A DNA stretch of 64,000 nucleotides, from NCBI GenBank assembly GCA_050746925.1, contig JBOGNA010000110.1, positions 726 through 64,725 on the forward strand, in the 5' to 3' direction. This DNA comes from Candidatus Acidiferrales bacterium. GTDB taxonomy: Bacteria; Acidobacteriota; Terriglobia; Acidiferrales; UBA7541. How positions within the stretch are numbered: the first letter of the stretch is position 1; the number at the start of each line of letters is the position of its first letter. Shown one piece after another: positions 48,314 through 58,423 of this stretch. The notes beneath the pieces are model-generated. The model saw only the letters and a list, made by a program, of their open reading frames with translations. It had not been told where the DNA came from and did not search any database. The position numbers and the translations under genes are program-made.

Positions 48314-49482
48314 AAAATGCGGAATACTTCGTCTCCCTGCTGAGCAGGAGCTACCGGAATGACGCGCCTGCTGCCATTGCCGGAGCCGTTTCCGTGGCCG
48401 CTGGAGTGGCCGTTGCCGTTGGGATGTTTGTTCGCGTCGTTTTCCTGGTCCGTGGGCTCACCGATCAGGCCGCCCATCTTGCCGGAGAGAGTCCAGCTCA
48501 GCATTTTCCAGGTGTCGCCAAGCTTTTTATTGCCGCCCAGAACGGCGGAAGCTTCATAGCCGACGTGAACCATGCAATCCGCACAGCGAGGATCGCGGCC
48601 ACGTCCGTACTGTTCCCAGGGAGTCTTCTCGATCAGGTCTTTGAAGGTTTCGTGGTGGGCGTCCGTCATCAAGTAGCACGGGCCTTTCCAACCGCGCGGG
48701 TTGTAGGTGGGCATGCCCCAAGCAGTGCACATCAGCTCGCGCTCGCCGCGAAGATATTCCATGTAGATGGGCGAGGTGACGATGTTGTAGCGCTCGAGCA
48801 AGGCGCTGGCCTGGCGGAATTTTTCGCGAATTTCTTCGCGGGACATGAAGATTTCTTTGGTCATTACAGCCGCGTAGGAGTACGCCGGCGAGAGCATGTG
48901 TCCATCGACGCCAATCGTTTGCAAGTAGGCGAAGAGGTCGGCAATTTCCTCGATGTCCGTCTCTTTGTAAATCGTGGTGTTGGAGGTGACCAGGAATCCA
49001 GCCGCCTTCGCAGCCTTGATGCCTTCCACAGCTTCGCGGAACACGCCATCGCGTTCCACGCAAATGTCGTGGGTCTTTTCCAGGCCGTCGAGATGGACGT
49101 TGAAAAAGAAACGCGAAGTGGGCTTGAAATCTTTCAGGTGCTTGCGGATGAACATGCCGTTGGTGCAGAGGTAGATATGCTTTTTGCGCGCGAGAATTTC
49201 GCTGGTGAGCCGGCCAATTTCGGGATAGATCATGGGCTCGCCGCCGCAGATGGAGACGATCGGGGTGCCGCACTCATCCACGGCCTTCAAGCACTCCTCC
49301 ACGGTCAGCATTTCGTTGATCGTGGATTTATATTCGCGAATGCGGCCGCAGCCCGTGCAGGTAAGGTTGCAAGCGTGCAGCGGCTCGAGCATCATCGTGA
49401 GCGGAAACTTCTGCGCTCCGGTGATGCTCTTGCGAGCCAGATACCCCGCCATGCTCGCAGTCATGCTCAAAGGAACTCTCAT
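48310..49482 (-). CDS. hpnH: Adenosyl-hopene transferase (radical SAM)
   Basis: It has the CxxxCxxC motif within MLEPLHACNLTCTGCGRI and HpnH-like sequence throughout. The C-terminal tail is Gly/Asn/His-rich. Confidence 0.9.
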   Translation of the reverse strand: MRVPLSMTASMAGYLARKSITGAQKFPLTMMLEPLHACNLTCTGCGRIREYKSTINEMLTVEECLKAVDECGTPIVSICGGEPMIYPEIGRLTSEILARKKHIYLCTNGMFIRKHLKDFKPTSRFFFNVHLDGLEKTHDICVERDGVFREAVEGIKAAKAAGFLVTSNTTIYKETDIEEIADLFAYLQTIGVDGHMLSPAYSYAAVMTKEIFMSREEIREKFRQASALLERYNIVTSPIYMEYLRGERELMCTAWGMPTYNPRGWKGPCYLMTDAHHETFKDLIEKTPWEQYGRGRDPRCADCMVHVGYEASAVLGGNKKLGDTWKMLSWTLSGKMGGLIGEPTDQENDANKHPNGNGHSSGHGNGSGNGSRRVIPVAPAQQGDEVFRIL

Positions 49483-51536
49483 CCATTACCCCCGTCTTCG
49501 TTTAGATGCTTTATTTCTTCGGCGGGAATCTGCAAAGCGAAAGATTTGCGCCGGCCTTTGCGCATATTGTCGAAGCGCGAAAGGGCGTACAGCGGAAACG
49601 AATTCCGGTAGAGGTGATACTTCAGATAGAAAACGCAAGGAAAACCCGTGCCGGTGAATTCGGGCTCGTCCCAGGAGCCGTCATCGCTCTGGTGTTCGGT
49701 GAGCCATCCCGCGGCGCGCTCGGAGGCCGGATCATCCGGGCCCACGGTGGCGAGCAGGCCAATCAGCGCCCAAGCGGTTTGCGAAGCGGTGCTCTTCCCT
49801 TTTCCTTTGAGCGCGGGATCGTAGTAGGAAAGGATCGATTCACCGAAGCCGCCATCCGGGTTTTGAACGGAGCGAAGCCACTGGGCGGCGCGCTGGCAAT
49901 CGGAATGGGAGGTGAGTCCCACGGTTTCGAGAGCGCGCAGGACGCCGCTGGTGCCGTAGATGTAATTCACGCCCCAGCGCCCGTACCAGGAGCCATCGGG
50001 CGTCTGGTCGTGAGCGATGAAATCACGCGCCCGCTCGATGACGGGATGATTGGCCGGCCAGCCAAACTGGCCGAGGCATTCGAGGACGCGTGCGGTGACG
50101 TCGGCGGTGGAGGGATCGAGCATCGCGTTGTGGTCGGCAAACGGGATGTGATTCAGGAACTGCAGATTGTTCTCGTGGTCGAATGCGCCCCAGCCACCGT
50201 CGCTATTCTGCATGCTGACAAGCCAGGCAATCCCGCGGCGAATCGAAGCGCGCAGAGGCGCGGAATCGGGATCAGCGACACGGCCGAGCGCCATCAGCAC
50301 GAAGGCGGTATCGTCCACGTCAGGATAGAAGTCATTCTGGAACTCAAACGCCCAACCGCCCGGCGCGGCTTTCTTATTTTTCACCTGCCAATCACCAGGG
50401 CCCAGAATTTGGTTTTTGAGAACCCAGCGCTCAGCAGCTACGAGAGCGGGATGGGATGGATCGAGGCCGGACTCTTCGAGCGACACCATGGCGATGGCGG
50501 TGTCCCACACGGGCGAGATGCAGGGCTGCACGCGAATGGTGCCATCGTGCTCGTCTTCAATTTCGTAGCGCTCGAGGAATTTGATTTCGCGGTGAAGGAG
50601 CGGATCGTCCGCGTCACCTGCCTCTGCGAGGAGCGCGAAGATGGAATTCATCATCGCGGGGTAAATGGTGGCGAGGCCTTCGCTGCGCTCCAGGCGCTCC
50701 ATCATCCATTTTCGCGCACGAGCGAGACACATCTTTCGAAACGGCTTCCACGAGGAGCGTTCGTAGAGCTTCAGTCCGCGCTCAAGCGCGAGAAACGCGT
50801 TGCGCCAGGAGATGAGGCGCTTGTCCCACTTGAACGAAGGCGGCTTCTGCCCCGGCACTTTGAACAGGTCGTTCACCGAGATGCCTTCGGGCAAGCGCCA
50901 TTGGGGCTTGTGGGCGTAAACGATCGAGAGCGGCACCACGATTCCGCGCGTCCACGACGACATTTCGTAGATATTCAGCGGGAACCAGTCCGGCAGGAGC
51001 AGCATCTCGGGCGGCATCGAGGGGACGATGCTCCAATCGATCGCGCCAACCATCGCGAGATAGAATCGAACGTAGGAATTTGTGGCTTCCAGGCCGCCGA
51101 GTTCAAGGATTTTCGCCTTGGCGCGCTGCATGTGCGGCGCGGTATCGGCATCACCGGCAAGCCGCAGCCCGACGTAGGCCTTCACGGTGGCGTTCAGCTC
51201 CGCGGGGCCGCCTTGAAAAATGTTCCAACCGCCGTCAGCGAGCTGGCGAACGCGGATATAGCGCGCGAGCTTTTCCGTTTTCTCGGATTTCAGCTGGCCC
51301 AGGATGTGGAGATACAGGATGTAATCGGATTCCAGCGTGGTATCGGCTTCGAGTTCGCCCCACCAGTAGCCGTCCTGCGCCTGCGCAGCCAGCATCCAGT
51401 CGCGACTGCGGGAGACTGCCTGTTCAATTTGAGATTCGAGGTTGCGAGTGGGCGCAACTGCCGTACCCTGTCCCGCGCCCGAATGGGCAGCTTCTATGCG
51501 CAGTCTTGCTTCCGGTGTCATCAATCCCTCAGACAT
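49479..51536 (-). CDS. shc: Squalene-hopene cyclase
   Basis: It has QW repeats (QDGYWWG, ADGGWN, DGGWG, PDGSWYGRWG) and the catalytic DVDDTA motif. The start is ATG 51536 or TTG 51560. Confidence 0.95.
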   Translation of the reverse strand: MSEGLMTPEARLRIEAAHSGAGQGTAVAPTRNLESQIEQAVSRSRDWMLAAQAQDGYWWGELEADTTLESDYILYLHILGQLKSEKTEKLARYIRVRQLADGGWNIFQGGPAELNATVKAYVGLRLAGDADTAPHMQRAKAKILELGGLEATNSYVRFYLAMVGAIDWSIVPSMPPEMLLLPDWFPLNIYEMSSWTRGIVVPLSIVYAHKPQWRLPEGISVNDLFKVPGQKPPSFKWDKRLISWRNAFLALERGLKLYERSSWKPFRKMCLARARKWMMERLERSEGLATIYPAMMNSIFALLAEAGDADDPLLHREIKFLERYEIEDEHDGTIRVQPCISPVWDTAIAMVSLEESGLDPSHPALVAAERWVLKNQILGPGDWQVKNKKAAPGGWAFEFQNDFYPDVDDTAFVLMALGRVADPDSAPLRASIRRGIAWLVSMQNSDGGWGAFDHENNLQFLNHIPFADHNAMLDPSTADVTARVLECLGQFGWPANHPVIERARDFIAHDQTPDGSWYGRWGVNYIYGTSGVLRALETVGLTSHSDCQRAAQWLRSVQNPDGGFGESILSYYDPALKGKGKSTASQTAWALIGLLATVGPDDPASERAAGWLTEHQSDDGSWDEPEFTGTGFPCVFYLKYHLYRNSFPLYALSRFDNMRKGRRKSFALQIPAEEIKHLNEDGGNG

Positions 51537-51896
51537 ATTGTTGATCGTTATTTGAGCCAATCAGAAACCGCAGATGCAGCACGACGGCCTAGTCGTCCAG
51601 CGCCCCAAGAAAAACAGCGCGGAGAAACTAGCAAGCCCGCTTCGCTGCCCTGCAGTGAGCACCCGTACCAGGCGGCCTGATGAACAAGCCTCTCCTGCCG
51701 TCCGGACTCGCTGCCCGGCTCCCTACCGCGCCGGTTCCAATGGCCCGTGTGTGGGCTATCATAACTCCGGCAAAATTCAACTTGGCCCTTGATGCAACTA
51801 CAGTCATACCGTAACAGTAACATTATGTTCGGCTTTGCCTGCTTGGTCAACTAGAAATCCCGAACTGAGTGTCCAAAGGCGTGAGATGGCTGGAGG

Positions 51897-52517
51897 CTAG
51901 GAAATGCTGCCTGACAAAAATTGTCGCAGTTCCAAAGGGAGAGGAGAGCCGAAAGTTTGCAGGAATTGTGGCTTCTGCGCGACAGCGATACCGAGACCGG
52001 CGGGGGCAAAGGGCGAACGATAGACGAAGCCATCGGCGAGCGAAAGGTTCTCGCGAGCAGAACTCTTAAAATCTGGATTCCCCGGGTCGAGTACTATCAG
52101 GAATAACGACGGCTTCCAGAACTTCATAATTGCGTCGCTTTCGATGATCACGTGTTTTGCGTTTGCGATCTTGGCTTGGAGCGCAGGGAGCGCGTCGCTC
52201 AGCCGATTCTCCTTGGTTTCGAGCCACAGGGCTCGACGAGCGCCTGCTGCGAGGAATCGCAATGTGTCTGCCGTACCGGCATGCTTGGCCTCTTCGTGGA
52301 TGGCGTAGGGATGCTCATCGGCCGCGCAGTCGCAGGTCTGGCCGTTTACCGGGCAACCGCTTTCGGCGTAGGGCGTGATCTTCACAGCCGCCCAGTTCCG
52401 ATCTGGGAAAGCCCTGATTATGTCTTCGACGAGGGCAGACTTCCCCACCTTCCGGCATTGGCCTCCCACGACGAGCAGGAAACCGGGCAACGGAGCTGGT
52501 GTTGGGTCCGCGGCCAC
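51897..52517 (-). CDS. Hypothetical P-loop protein, MobB-like layout
   Basis: It has Walker A GGQCRKVGKS near the N-terminus. GTG 52517 overlaps the lpxD stop (TAGTG) and is preceded by GGAGAG. Similarity to MobB is judged by eye only. Confidence 0.45.
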   Translation of the reverse strand: MAADPTPAPLPGFLLVVGGQCRKVGKSALVEDIIRAFPDRNWAAVKITPYAESGCPVNGQTCDCAADEHPYAIHEEAKHAGTADTLRFLAAGARRALWLETKENRLSDALPALQAKIANAKHVIIESDAIMKFWKPSLFLIVLDPGNPDFKSSARENLSLADGFVYRSPFAPAGLGIAVAQKPQFLQTFGSPLPLELRQFLSGSIS

Positions 52518-53545
52518 TAAGACTTCTCTCCTTCTTCCAGCTTGCGCACGCGCGCTCCCAGTTCTGGCAGCCGGGCGAACCAAGCGTATTGCTCTTTGAA
52601 CTTTTCAAGCGGCCGTGCCGGGGTGCCCCAGACGATCTGGCCGCGGCGGATTGTTTTGCCAGTTGGAATGCCGGCCTGGGCGCCCGCGATTGCGCCGTCT
52701 TCGAGGATGCAATGATCGGCGATGCCGACCTGCCCGCCGATGAGGACGCGCTTCCCGATTGTGCTGCTGCCGGAGATGCCGGTTTGCGCGGCGATAACGG
52801 TGTGTTCACCGATGCGGACGTTGTGGGCGATCTGTACGAGGTTGTCGATTTTGACTCCGGCGGCAATTTGCGTGGTTTCGAGTGAGCCGCGATCGATGGT
52901 GGTGTTCGCGCCGATTTCAACGTCGTTGCCTATCTCGACTTTGCCGATTTGCGGAAATTTCCAGTAGCGGCCGTCCGCTTGGTCGGGGCCGAAGACGTAG
53001 CCGAAACCGTCGCTGCCGATTACCGCGCCCGAGTGGACTTCTACGCGATCGGCGAGATGAGCGCCGGCATAGAGCGTGACGCGCGGATGCAGTGTGCAAT
53101 CGGCGCCGATGCGAGATCCGCGCCCGAGAAAAGCGAACGCCCCGATTGCCGTGCCCGTGTCGATTTCAACTTCATCTTCAATTACGGCGTAGGGGCCCAC
53201 GGACACATTGGCGGCAAGCTTCGAGGTGGACGCAATTACGGCGGTGGGATGAATCCCGGCACTTGGAGCGGGCTTTTCGATTAACCAGGCGGCGGCTTTT
53301 GCGAAGGCGAATTTCGGGTCGGCTGTCTCGAGGATCGTCTTATTTGCGAGGCGCGTGCCGGGGAGCGCAAGGACGCACGTGGCGGCGGATTTTTCTGCAC
53401 GTGCGGCAAATCTCGGCGTGTCGAGGTAAATGAGATCTGTGGATGCGGCGGCATCCGGGCCTGCTACACCGGCGACCGTGAGGCGGCCGTCTCCTTGAAG
53501 AGTTGCACCGAGGTAAGCGGCGACTTCTGCGACTGTGCGTTTCAT
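52517..53545 (-). CDS. lpxD: UDP-3-O-(3-hydroxyacyl)glucosamine N-acyltransferase
   Basis: It has an LpxD N-terminal domain and long left-handed beta-helix hexapeptide repeats (IGxxxxIG...). Confidence 0.9.
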   Translation of the reverse strand: MKRTVAEVAAYLGATLQGDGRLTVAGVAGPDAAASTDLIYLDTPRFAARAEKSAATCVLALPGTRLANKTILETADPKFAFAKAAAWLIEKPAPSAGIHPTAVIASTSKLAANVSVGPYAVIEDEVEIDTGTAIGAFAFLGRGSRIGADCTLHPRVTLYAGAHLADRVEVHSGAVIGSDGFGYVFGPDQADGRYWKFPQIGKVEIGNDVEIGANTTIDRGSLETTQIAAGVKIDNLVQIAHNVRIGEHTVIAAQTGISGSSTIGKRVLIGGQVGIADHCILEDGAIAGAQAGIPTGKTIRRGQIVWGTPARPLEKFKEQYAWFARLPELGARVRKLEEGEKS

Positions 53546-53615
53546 GGGAACCTCGTCTGTATTCTACGCGGCGACGCGCGGAGACATGCGACTACGATGG
53601 CTTCCGGACGCGCCG

Positions 53616-54521
53616 CTAGAACGGATAGATTGGTTGCTCTCCCAGCGGGCGCGTTTTCCAGCGCTTGTGGACCCAGAGCCACTGGTCAGGATGTTCGCGA
53701 ACGTAGGCTTCGATGACGGCAGTGAAGCGCGCCGTATTCTCGCGGACGTCGGCGTCCTCGTCGCCTGTTCGCGCTTGCTTGAGCGCGGGTGAAAATTGCA
53801 GACGATACATCTTGCGCGCAGCGTCCCACGCGAGGAAACCGGGAATCACGGCCGCATCGGTGCGCAGCGTTATGCGCGCGAGCCCTGAGGTGGTTGATGC
53901 CGGGATGCCGAAGAAATTTGCGAATACACCTTCTTCGAGCGCGGTGTTGGTGTCGGCGAGAATACCGACCGTGCCTCCCTCGGCAAGGATTTTCAGAATC
54001 GCACGAGCGGAGCGATTTTTCTCGATGGGGCGATTGCCGGAAAGGCAGCGATAACGATTGATGAGTGCGTCCACGCGCGGGTTGGACACCGGTCGCACGA
54101 GAAAATGGAGAGGGTGGCCGTAAAGCGCGTGCGCGAAGGGAGCGAGTTCCCAGGCGCTCATGTGGCCGGTGAGGAAGAGGACGCCTTTGCCGCGACGCTG
54201 CGCTTCGGCGAAATGTTCGGCGCCGTCGATCTCGACGATGCGGGCAATATTCTCCGGAGTGTATTTCGGGAACTGCGAAAACTCGCCGGCCATCCAGCCG
54301 ATCTGGCGGATCATGCCGCGAACGATTTCCGCACGTTGGGCTTCACTCGAATCGGGAAACGCCAACTGCAGATTGAAAAGGGCGGCTTGGCGCAGCGGCG
54401 TGCGGACGACGTAGGCCGCCGAGGCAAATGCCGCGCCCACAAAACGGGCTGCGGGGCGCGGTAGGAGGCCTAGGGCTTTCAGTCCTGTCCATGCAGCTGC
54501 GTATTCGAGCCATTGTCGCAT
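53616..54521 (-). CDS. Lipid A biosynthesis (lauroyl/Kdo-dependent) acyltransferase, LpxL/HtrB family
   Basis: It has an N-terminal TM helix, the HMSAWE (HX4E-type) acyltransferase motif, and family-like length and order. Confidence 0.85.
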   Translation of the reverse strand: MRQWLEYAAAWTGLKALGLLPRPAARFVGAAFASAAYVVRTPLRQAALFNLQLAFPDSSEAQRAEIVRGMIRQIGWMAGEFSQFPKYTPENIARIVEIDGAEHFAEAQRRGKGVLFLTGHMSAWELAPFAHALYGHPLHFLVRPVSNPRVDALINRYRCLSGNRPIEKNRSARAILKILAEGGTVGILADTNTALEEGVFANFFGIPASTTSGLARITLRTDAAVIPGFLAWDAARKMYRLQFSPALKQARTGDEDADVRENTARFTAVIEAYVREHPDQWLWVHKRWKTRPLGEQPIYPF

Positions 54522-54709
54522 CGCGCGACATTATGCAAGAGGCTTGTGAGGGGATGCTAGCGATGAGTGCGGAAAGGCTTCCGTGCTGAAACATTGTAGG
54601 GCGCGGTGTTAGACTCGGCGAGCTTGCGGCAGCGAATCGGCGTGAAGATAGCAGGGCCGCGAGCGTCGTCGGGTTCATATGGATTGCGTGAGTGGGGCGT
54701 GCTGCTGGA

Positions 54710-56404
54710 ATGAGCGATTTTTCGCGGCTTCGGGAACGCAACAACCTTGCGGCGCTCGCCGGTGCGGCGGTGGTTGTTGTGATTTGCTTGTTCAGCCATT
54801 TGGGGGCGATTGGACTCGTGGGGCCGGACGAGCCGAGATATGCGTGGATCGCGCGGGCGATGGCGTCGAGTGGGGATTGGGTGACGCCGCGCTTGTACGG
54901 GCAACCGTGGTTTGAGAAGCCGGTGCTGTATTACTGGGCGGGGGGGGCGGGATTTTTGTTTCATTTGCCGGCGGAATGGGCCGCGCGGCTGCCTTCAGCG
55001 TTTGCGGCGCTCGCGGTGGCGCTCGCGATCGGATGGCTTGGTTGGAAGCATTATGGTGCGGAGAGCGAGCCGCTGGCTTCGGCCTGGTTGATCGGACCGC
55101 TTTTTTTTTCAACGAGCGTCGCTGCGATTGGATTTGCGCGGGCAGCGTCGCCGGACATGCTATTCAGCGCTGCACTTGCGCTTGCGATGGCTAGTGCTGC
55201 GGCGGTATTGCGGCGCCGCGGTGCCTTGCGGCGCTGGGCGGATGCTGCCACCCATGGCGACGCGTCGGAGTATGCGTCTCTCGCATTATTCGGAGTGTGG
55301 CTGGGGCTTGCCGTGCTCGCCAAGGGGCCTGCGGGGGTTGTACTTGCCGGCGGCGCGGTAGGAACTTGGGCTCTTGCGACCGGGCGATGGCGCGACGGGT
55401 TTCGGCTGGCGCATCCGATTGCGATTGCGGCTTTCTGCGTTGTCGCGCTGCCTTGGTACGTTGTCTGCGCCCTGCGCAATCCCGATTTTATCCACATATT
55501 CATTTTTCAGCACAATTTCGAGCGTTACCTGACGCCGATGTTTCAGCATCGGCAGCCCTTCTGGTATTTCGTACCGATTCTGATTCTCGGCATGGTGCCC
55601 TGGACGGCGGGCTTGTGGCCCGTGGCGCAGGGAGCGATGCGGCGGTGGCGAGAAAAATCATTCAGCGATTCGCCCGGATTTTTCTTCGCTTGCTGGGCGG
55701 CGTTTCCGCTCCTCTTCTTCAGCTTTTCGCAATCGAAGCTGCCCGGTTATATCTTACCGGCCTTTCCGCCGCTCGCGCTCTTGATTGCGGTTGGGCTTGG
55801 ACGTGAAATCTCGCCTGCGCCCCGAACCGAGCCGGCCGGATCGTCGTCCCGATGGGCCTCCGTCGGGATTGGTCTCACGTGGGTTGTGCTCTCGCTCTTC
55901 GCGATCCATTTTCTGAAGCGGCTTCCGCATTCCGTGGACGACGGAGCGGGGCGAACGATACTGGTTATGGCGGCTTTCGGAATCGTGGCAGGAGTCGCGG
56001 TCGCGCTGCTCGGGCGACTCGGCAATCGTGCTTTCCTAACATTGTCACTTCTAATGGTCGCAGTATTCACCGAAGCGGCGGGATTGCGAGTGTTGCCGGC
56101 GTTCGACCCGCAGCTATCGGCGAGATTTCACGCCGACATGCTCCGGAACGACCGCTATCCGGATCGCGTCTTCACGTTTGATCTAACGCGCTCGTGGCAG
56201 TACGGCCTCGATTTTTATCTCGAGCGGAAAGTTCCAGAGTGGTCGCCTTCGGACACGCGGGCTGCGCTCGTATTGACGAACCCTCAGGGTCTGGCGGAAA
56301 TCAGAAAAATGGGGAGGATCGAAGGAGCGCTCGACGAACCGTATGAAGGAATTGTTTACGTTCCGGTGTTTCCCGCCGCACCAAACCAATCTAACGCGAA
56401 GTAG
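54710..56404 (+). CDS. ArnT/PMT-like (GT39/GT83) membrane glycosyltransferase
   Basis: It contains GPDEPRYAWIARAM...PWFEKPVLYYW, has more than 10 TM helices, and lies divergent from the LpxL-like gene. Confidence 0.85.
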   Translation: MSDFSRLRERNNLAALAGAAVVVVICLFSHLGAIGLVGPDEPRYAWIARAMASSGDWVTPRLYGQPWFEKPVLYYWAGGAGFLFHLPAEWAARLPSAFAALAVALAIGWLGWKHYGAESEPLASAWLIGPLFFSTSVAAIGFARAASPDMLFSAALALAMASAAAVLRRRGALRRWADAATHGDASEYASLALFGVWLGLAVLAKGPAGVVLAGGAVGTWALATGRWRDGFRLAHPIAIAAFCVVALPWYVVCALRNPDFIHIFIFQHNFERYLTPMFQHRQPFWYFVPILILGMVPWTAGLWPVAQGAMRRWREKSFSDSPGFFFACWAAFPLLFFSFSQSKLPGYILPAFPPLALLIAVGLGREISPAPRTEPAGSSSRWASVGIGLTWVVLSLFAIHFLKRLPHSVDDGAGRTILVMAAFGIVAGVAVALLGRLGNRAFLTLSLLMVAVFTEAAGLRVLPAFDPQLSARFHADMLRNDRYPDRVFTFDLTRSWQYGLDFYLERKVPEWSPSDTRAALVLTNPQGLAEIRKMGRIEGALDEPYEGIVYVPVFPAAPNQSNAK

Positions 56405-57317
56405 GCGGAATATTCTGCAGGAAGAAATTGACGATCTGATTCTCGTAAGTGTGGCGATCGTCGTCGGTCATTTCGGAATAGCTCAATCGGTCGCGCACTA
56501 ATTGTTTTGGCTCGGGCGCGCGGCCAAAAATCCGCAGCGTTTCGTCGGCGAGGCCCGGGCGGTCATCTGATTCGATGAAGAGCTTGGCGACTCCCTGTGT
56601 ATTCGACAGGTGCGTTGAGACGGGCTGCTGCGATCGAAACTTGTAGTTGATGAGGCGGAATCCCCAGTCGCTAAACCGGCTCACGTACGGAATGGCTCCG
56701 AGGCCGGAACTCTTCACCTCAATCTGGATCTTGTCGCGCGGATCGTCCCAGGGATCGTCCACCACCAGTGCCACAATTCGAGGATCGGTCGCGGCAACTT
56801 CCAGAGCGGCGTATCCGCCCATATTCACGCCCCACACCCCGAAGCGCTTCGGATCGACGTCATCCCGTCTTGACAGCGCTTGAATCGCTGCTGCCAGCTC
56901 TGCGGTCTCGCGATATCCCAGCGTGGTGACGCCTGGATTTGTGCCGTGTCCCATGAAGTCGAACACAAACACGTTGAACTGGTGATCCTGCAGAGCGGAT
57001 ACCAGCGTCAATACGTCTGCGCGCTGCGAAAGATATCCGTGGCACACCACGATCGTGGGCGCTCCGCGGAGTCCTGGAAAAAACCACCCTTCCCGCTCCG
57101 GCTCTCCCGGAATGGGAAAAGAGAATGGGACCGGGTGACCCATCATTACATTCAAGTCGTAGGACGATGCGGAGTGTGCTGGCTTCAGGACCTGATATAG
57201 GAGAAACCCCGCAACGGTAGCGACCGAGACGAAGCAAAAGAGAATGATCGCCAGCAGCGCGGAGAGAACTTTGGCGGGACGCGTGGTGGGATAGCGTAGC
57301 TCTGAGAGGACGGCCAT
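56391..57317 (-). CDS. Membrane-anchored alpha/beta-hydrolase-fold protein (nucleophile motif reads GVNMG)
   Basis: It has an N-terminal TM helix, an HG oxyanion motif (VVCHGY), and GxNxG at the nucleophile-elbow position where GxSxG is expected. Confidence 0.75.
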   Translation of the reverse strand: MAVLSELRYPTTRPAKVLSALLAIILFCFVSVATVAGFLLYQVLKPAHSASSYDLNVMMGHPVPFSFPIPGEPEREGWFFPGLRGAPTIVVCHGYLSQRADVLTLVSALQDHQFNVFVFDFMGHGTNPGVTTLGYRETAELAAAIQALSRRDDVDPKRFGVWGVNMGGYAALEVAATDPRIVALVVDDPWDDPRDKIQIEVKSSGLGAIPYVSRFSDWGFRLINYKFRSQQPVSTHLSNTQGVAKLFIESDDRPGLADETLRIFGRAPEPKQLVRDRLSYSEMTDDDRHTYENQIVNFFLQNIPPTSR

Positions 57318-57481
57318 CCGTTGAGCGCGGGCGCTCGACCGCTGCGCCTCGACGAACGCATGTTAGCACAATTATCTAGCCGTACCGGTACAACACCCTT
57401 TTGCGTTTCCAACACTTACACCGGCTTGGGTTCTATCGGGACACCCGGCTATAATGACTTCCGGGAGCGGCGCGGGCCTTC

Positions 57482-58417
57482 ATGCAGATTGTTGACCTCC
57501 GGCAGGTCCATTCAAGATCCCTGGATGTGCTGTTTCAAGAGGAAGCTCGCCACTGGCGCGAGGAACTGCATTGGGACTATCGTCCCTCGATCGACCTCAT
57601 CCGGAAATTCATCGATTCCCGCTCGCTGAACGGCTATCTCGCGCTCGATAACGGACGCCCCGCGGGCTACGGCTTCTACGTCCTCGAAGATCACAAGGGA
57701 CTAATCGGCGGCCTGTTTGTTGCTTCCGACTATGTGCGCTCGCCGATTTCGACTGAGATCCTGAACGAAATGCTCACGTCGCTGCGCGCGACTCCGCGAC
57801 TCGAGCGCATCGAAGCGCAATTGATGCCTTTCGGCGCCGAATTTGAGCCGGCGTTTCTCTCGAAATTCATGCGGCTTCACACGCGGCAGTTCATGCTGCT
57901 GCGTCTAGCAGACGTGGAGCTGAGCGAGAAGCCGCTCTCCAGCGCTTTCCGCATGGAACTCTGGACCGATCGGGCATTCGACGCAGCCGCGAAATTGATC
58001 CAGCTTTCCTACGCGGATCACGTCGATGGTGAAATCAACGATCAATACCGGTCGGAAGCGGGCGGAATGAAGTTCCTTCGCAACATCGTGATTCTACCCG
58101 GCTGCGGCCAGTTCCTGCCGGAAGCGTCATTCCTGGTGCGGCCGGCGACGGGCGACCGGCTCGTGGGAATGGTGCTGACTTCCACGGTGCAGGAGGGCGT
58201 GGGCCACACGACTCAAGTGTGCGTTCTGCCCGGTTACCAGGGAAATCACATCGGCCGCGCGTTAATGGAAGCGTCGATTCAGGCGCTGCAGCGGCGGCGG
58301 TATGAGTGGCTGTCGCTGACCGTTACGGCGGTGAATACGTCCGCAGTACGGCTCTACGAGCACCTGGGATTCAAGACGATCAAAAAATTCTCCGCGGGCG
58401 TGTGGCAGGCGCAGTAG
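57482..58417 (+). CDS. GNAT family N-acetyltransferase
   Basis: The C-terminal acetyl-CoA binding pattern is VLPGYQGNHIGRALMEA...AVRLYEHLGF. Confidence 0.75.
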   Translation: MQIVDLRQVHSRSLDVLFQEEARHWREELHWDYRPSIDLIRKFIDSRSLNGYLALDNGRPAGYGFYVLEDHKGLIGGLFVASDYVRSPISTEILNEMLTSLRATPRLERIEAQLMPFGAEFEPAFLSKFMRLHTRQFMLLRLADVELSEKPLSSAFRMELWTDRAFDAAAKLIQLSYADHVDGEINDQYRSEAGGMKFLRNIVILPGCGQFLPEASFLVRPATGDRLVGMVLTSTVQEGVGHTTQVCVLPGYQGNHIGRALMEASIQALQRRRYEWLSLTVTAVNTSAVRLYEHLGFKTIKKFSAGVWQAQ

Positions 58418-58423
58418 CTCCGG

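Noticed and set aside
49506-51680. 724-aa plus-strand ORF
   Set aside because: It lies exactly antisense to shc, which has unmistakable cyclase motifs. The product is Arg/Gly/Ala-rich with no motifs. This is a typical shadow ORF in GC-rich DNA. The same reasoning applies to 48394-49611, 47342-48343, 12538-14079, 58960-60081, 41195-42193, 2640-3698 and 45605-46336.
51561-51896. 336-bp lower-GC non-coding region upstream of shc as a riboswitch or sRNA
   Set aside because: I could not find a conserved structure, repeat or recognisable motif. It is probably just the promoter and leader of the shc operon.
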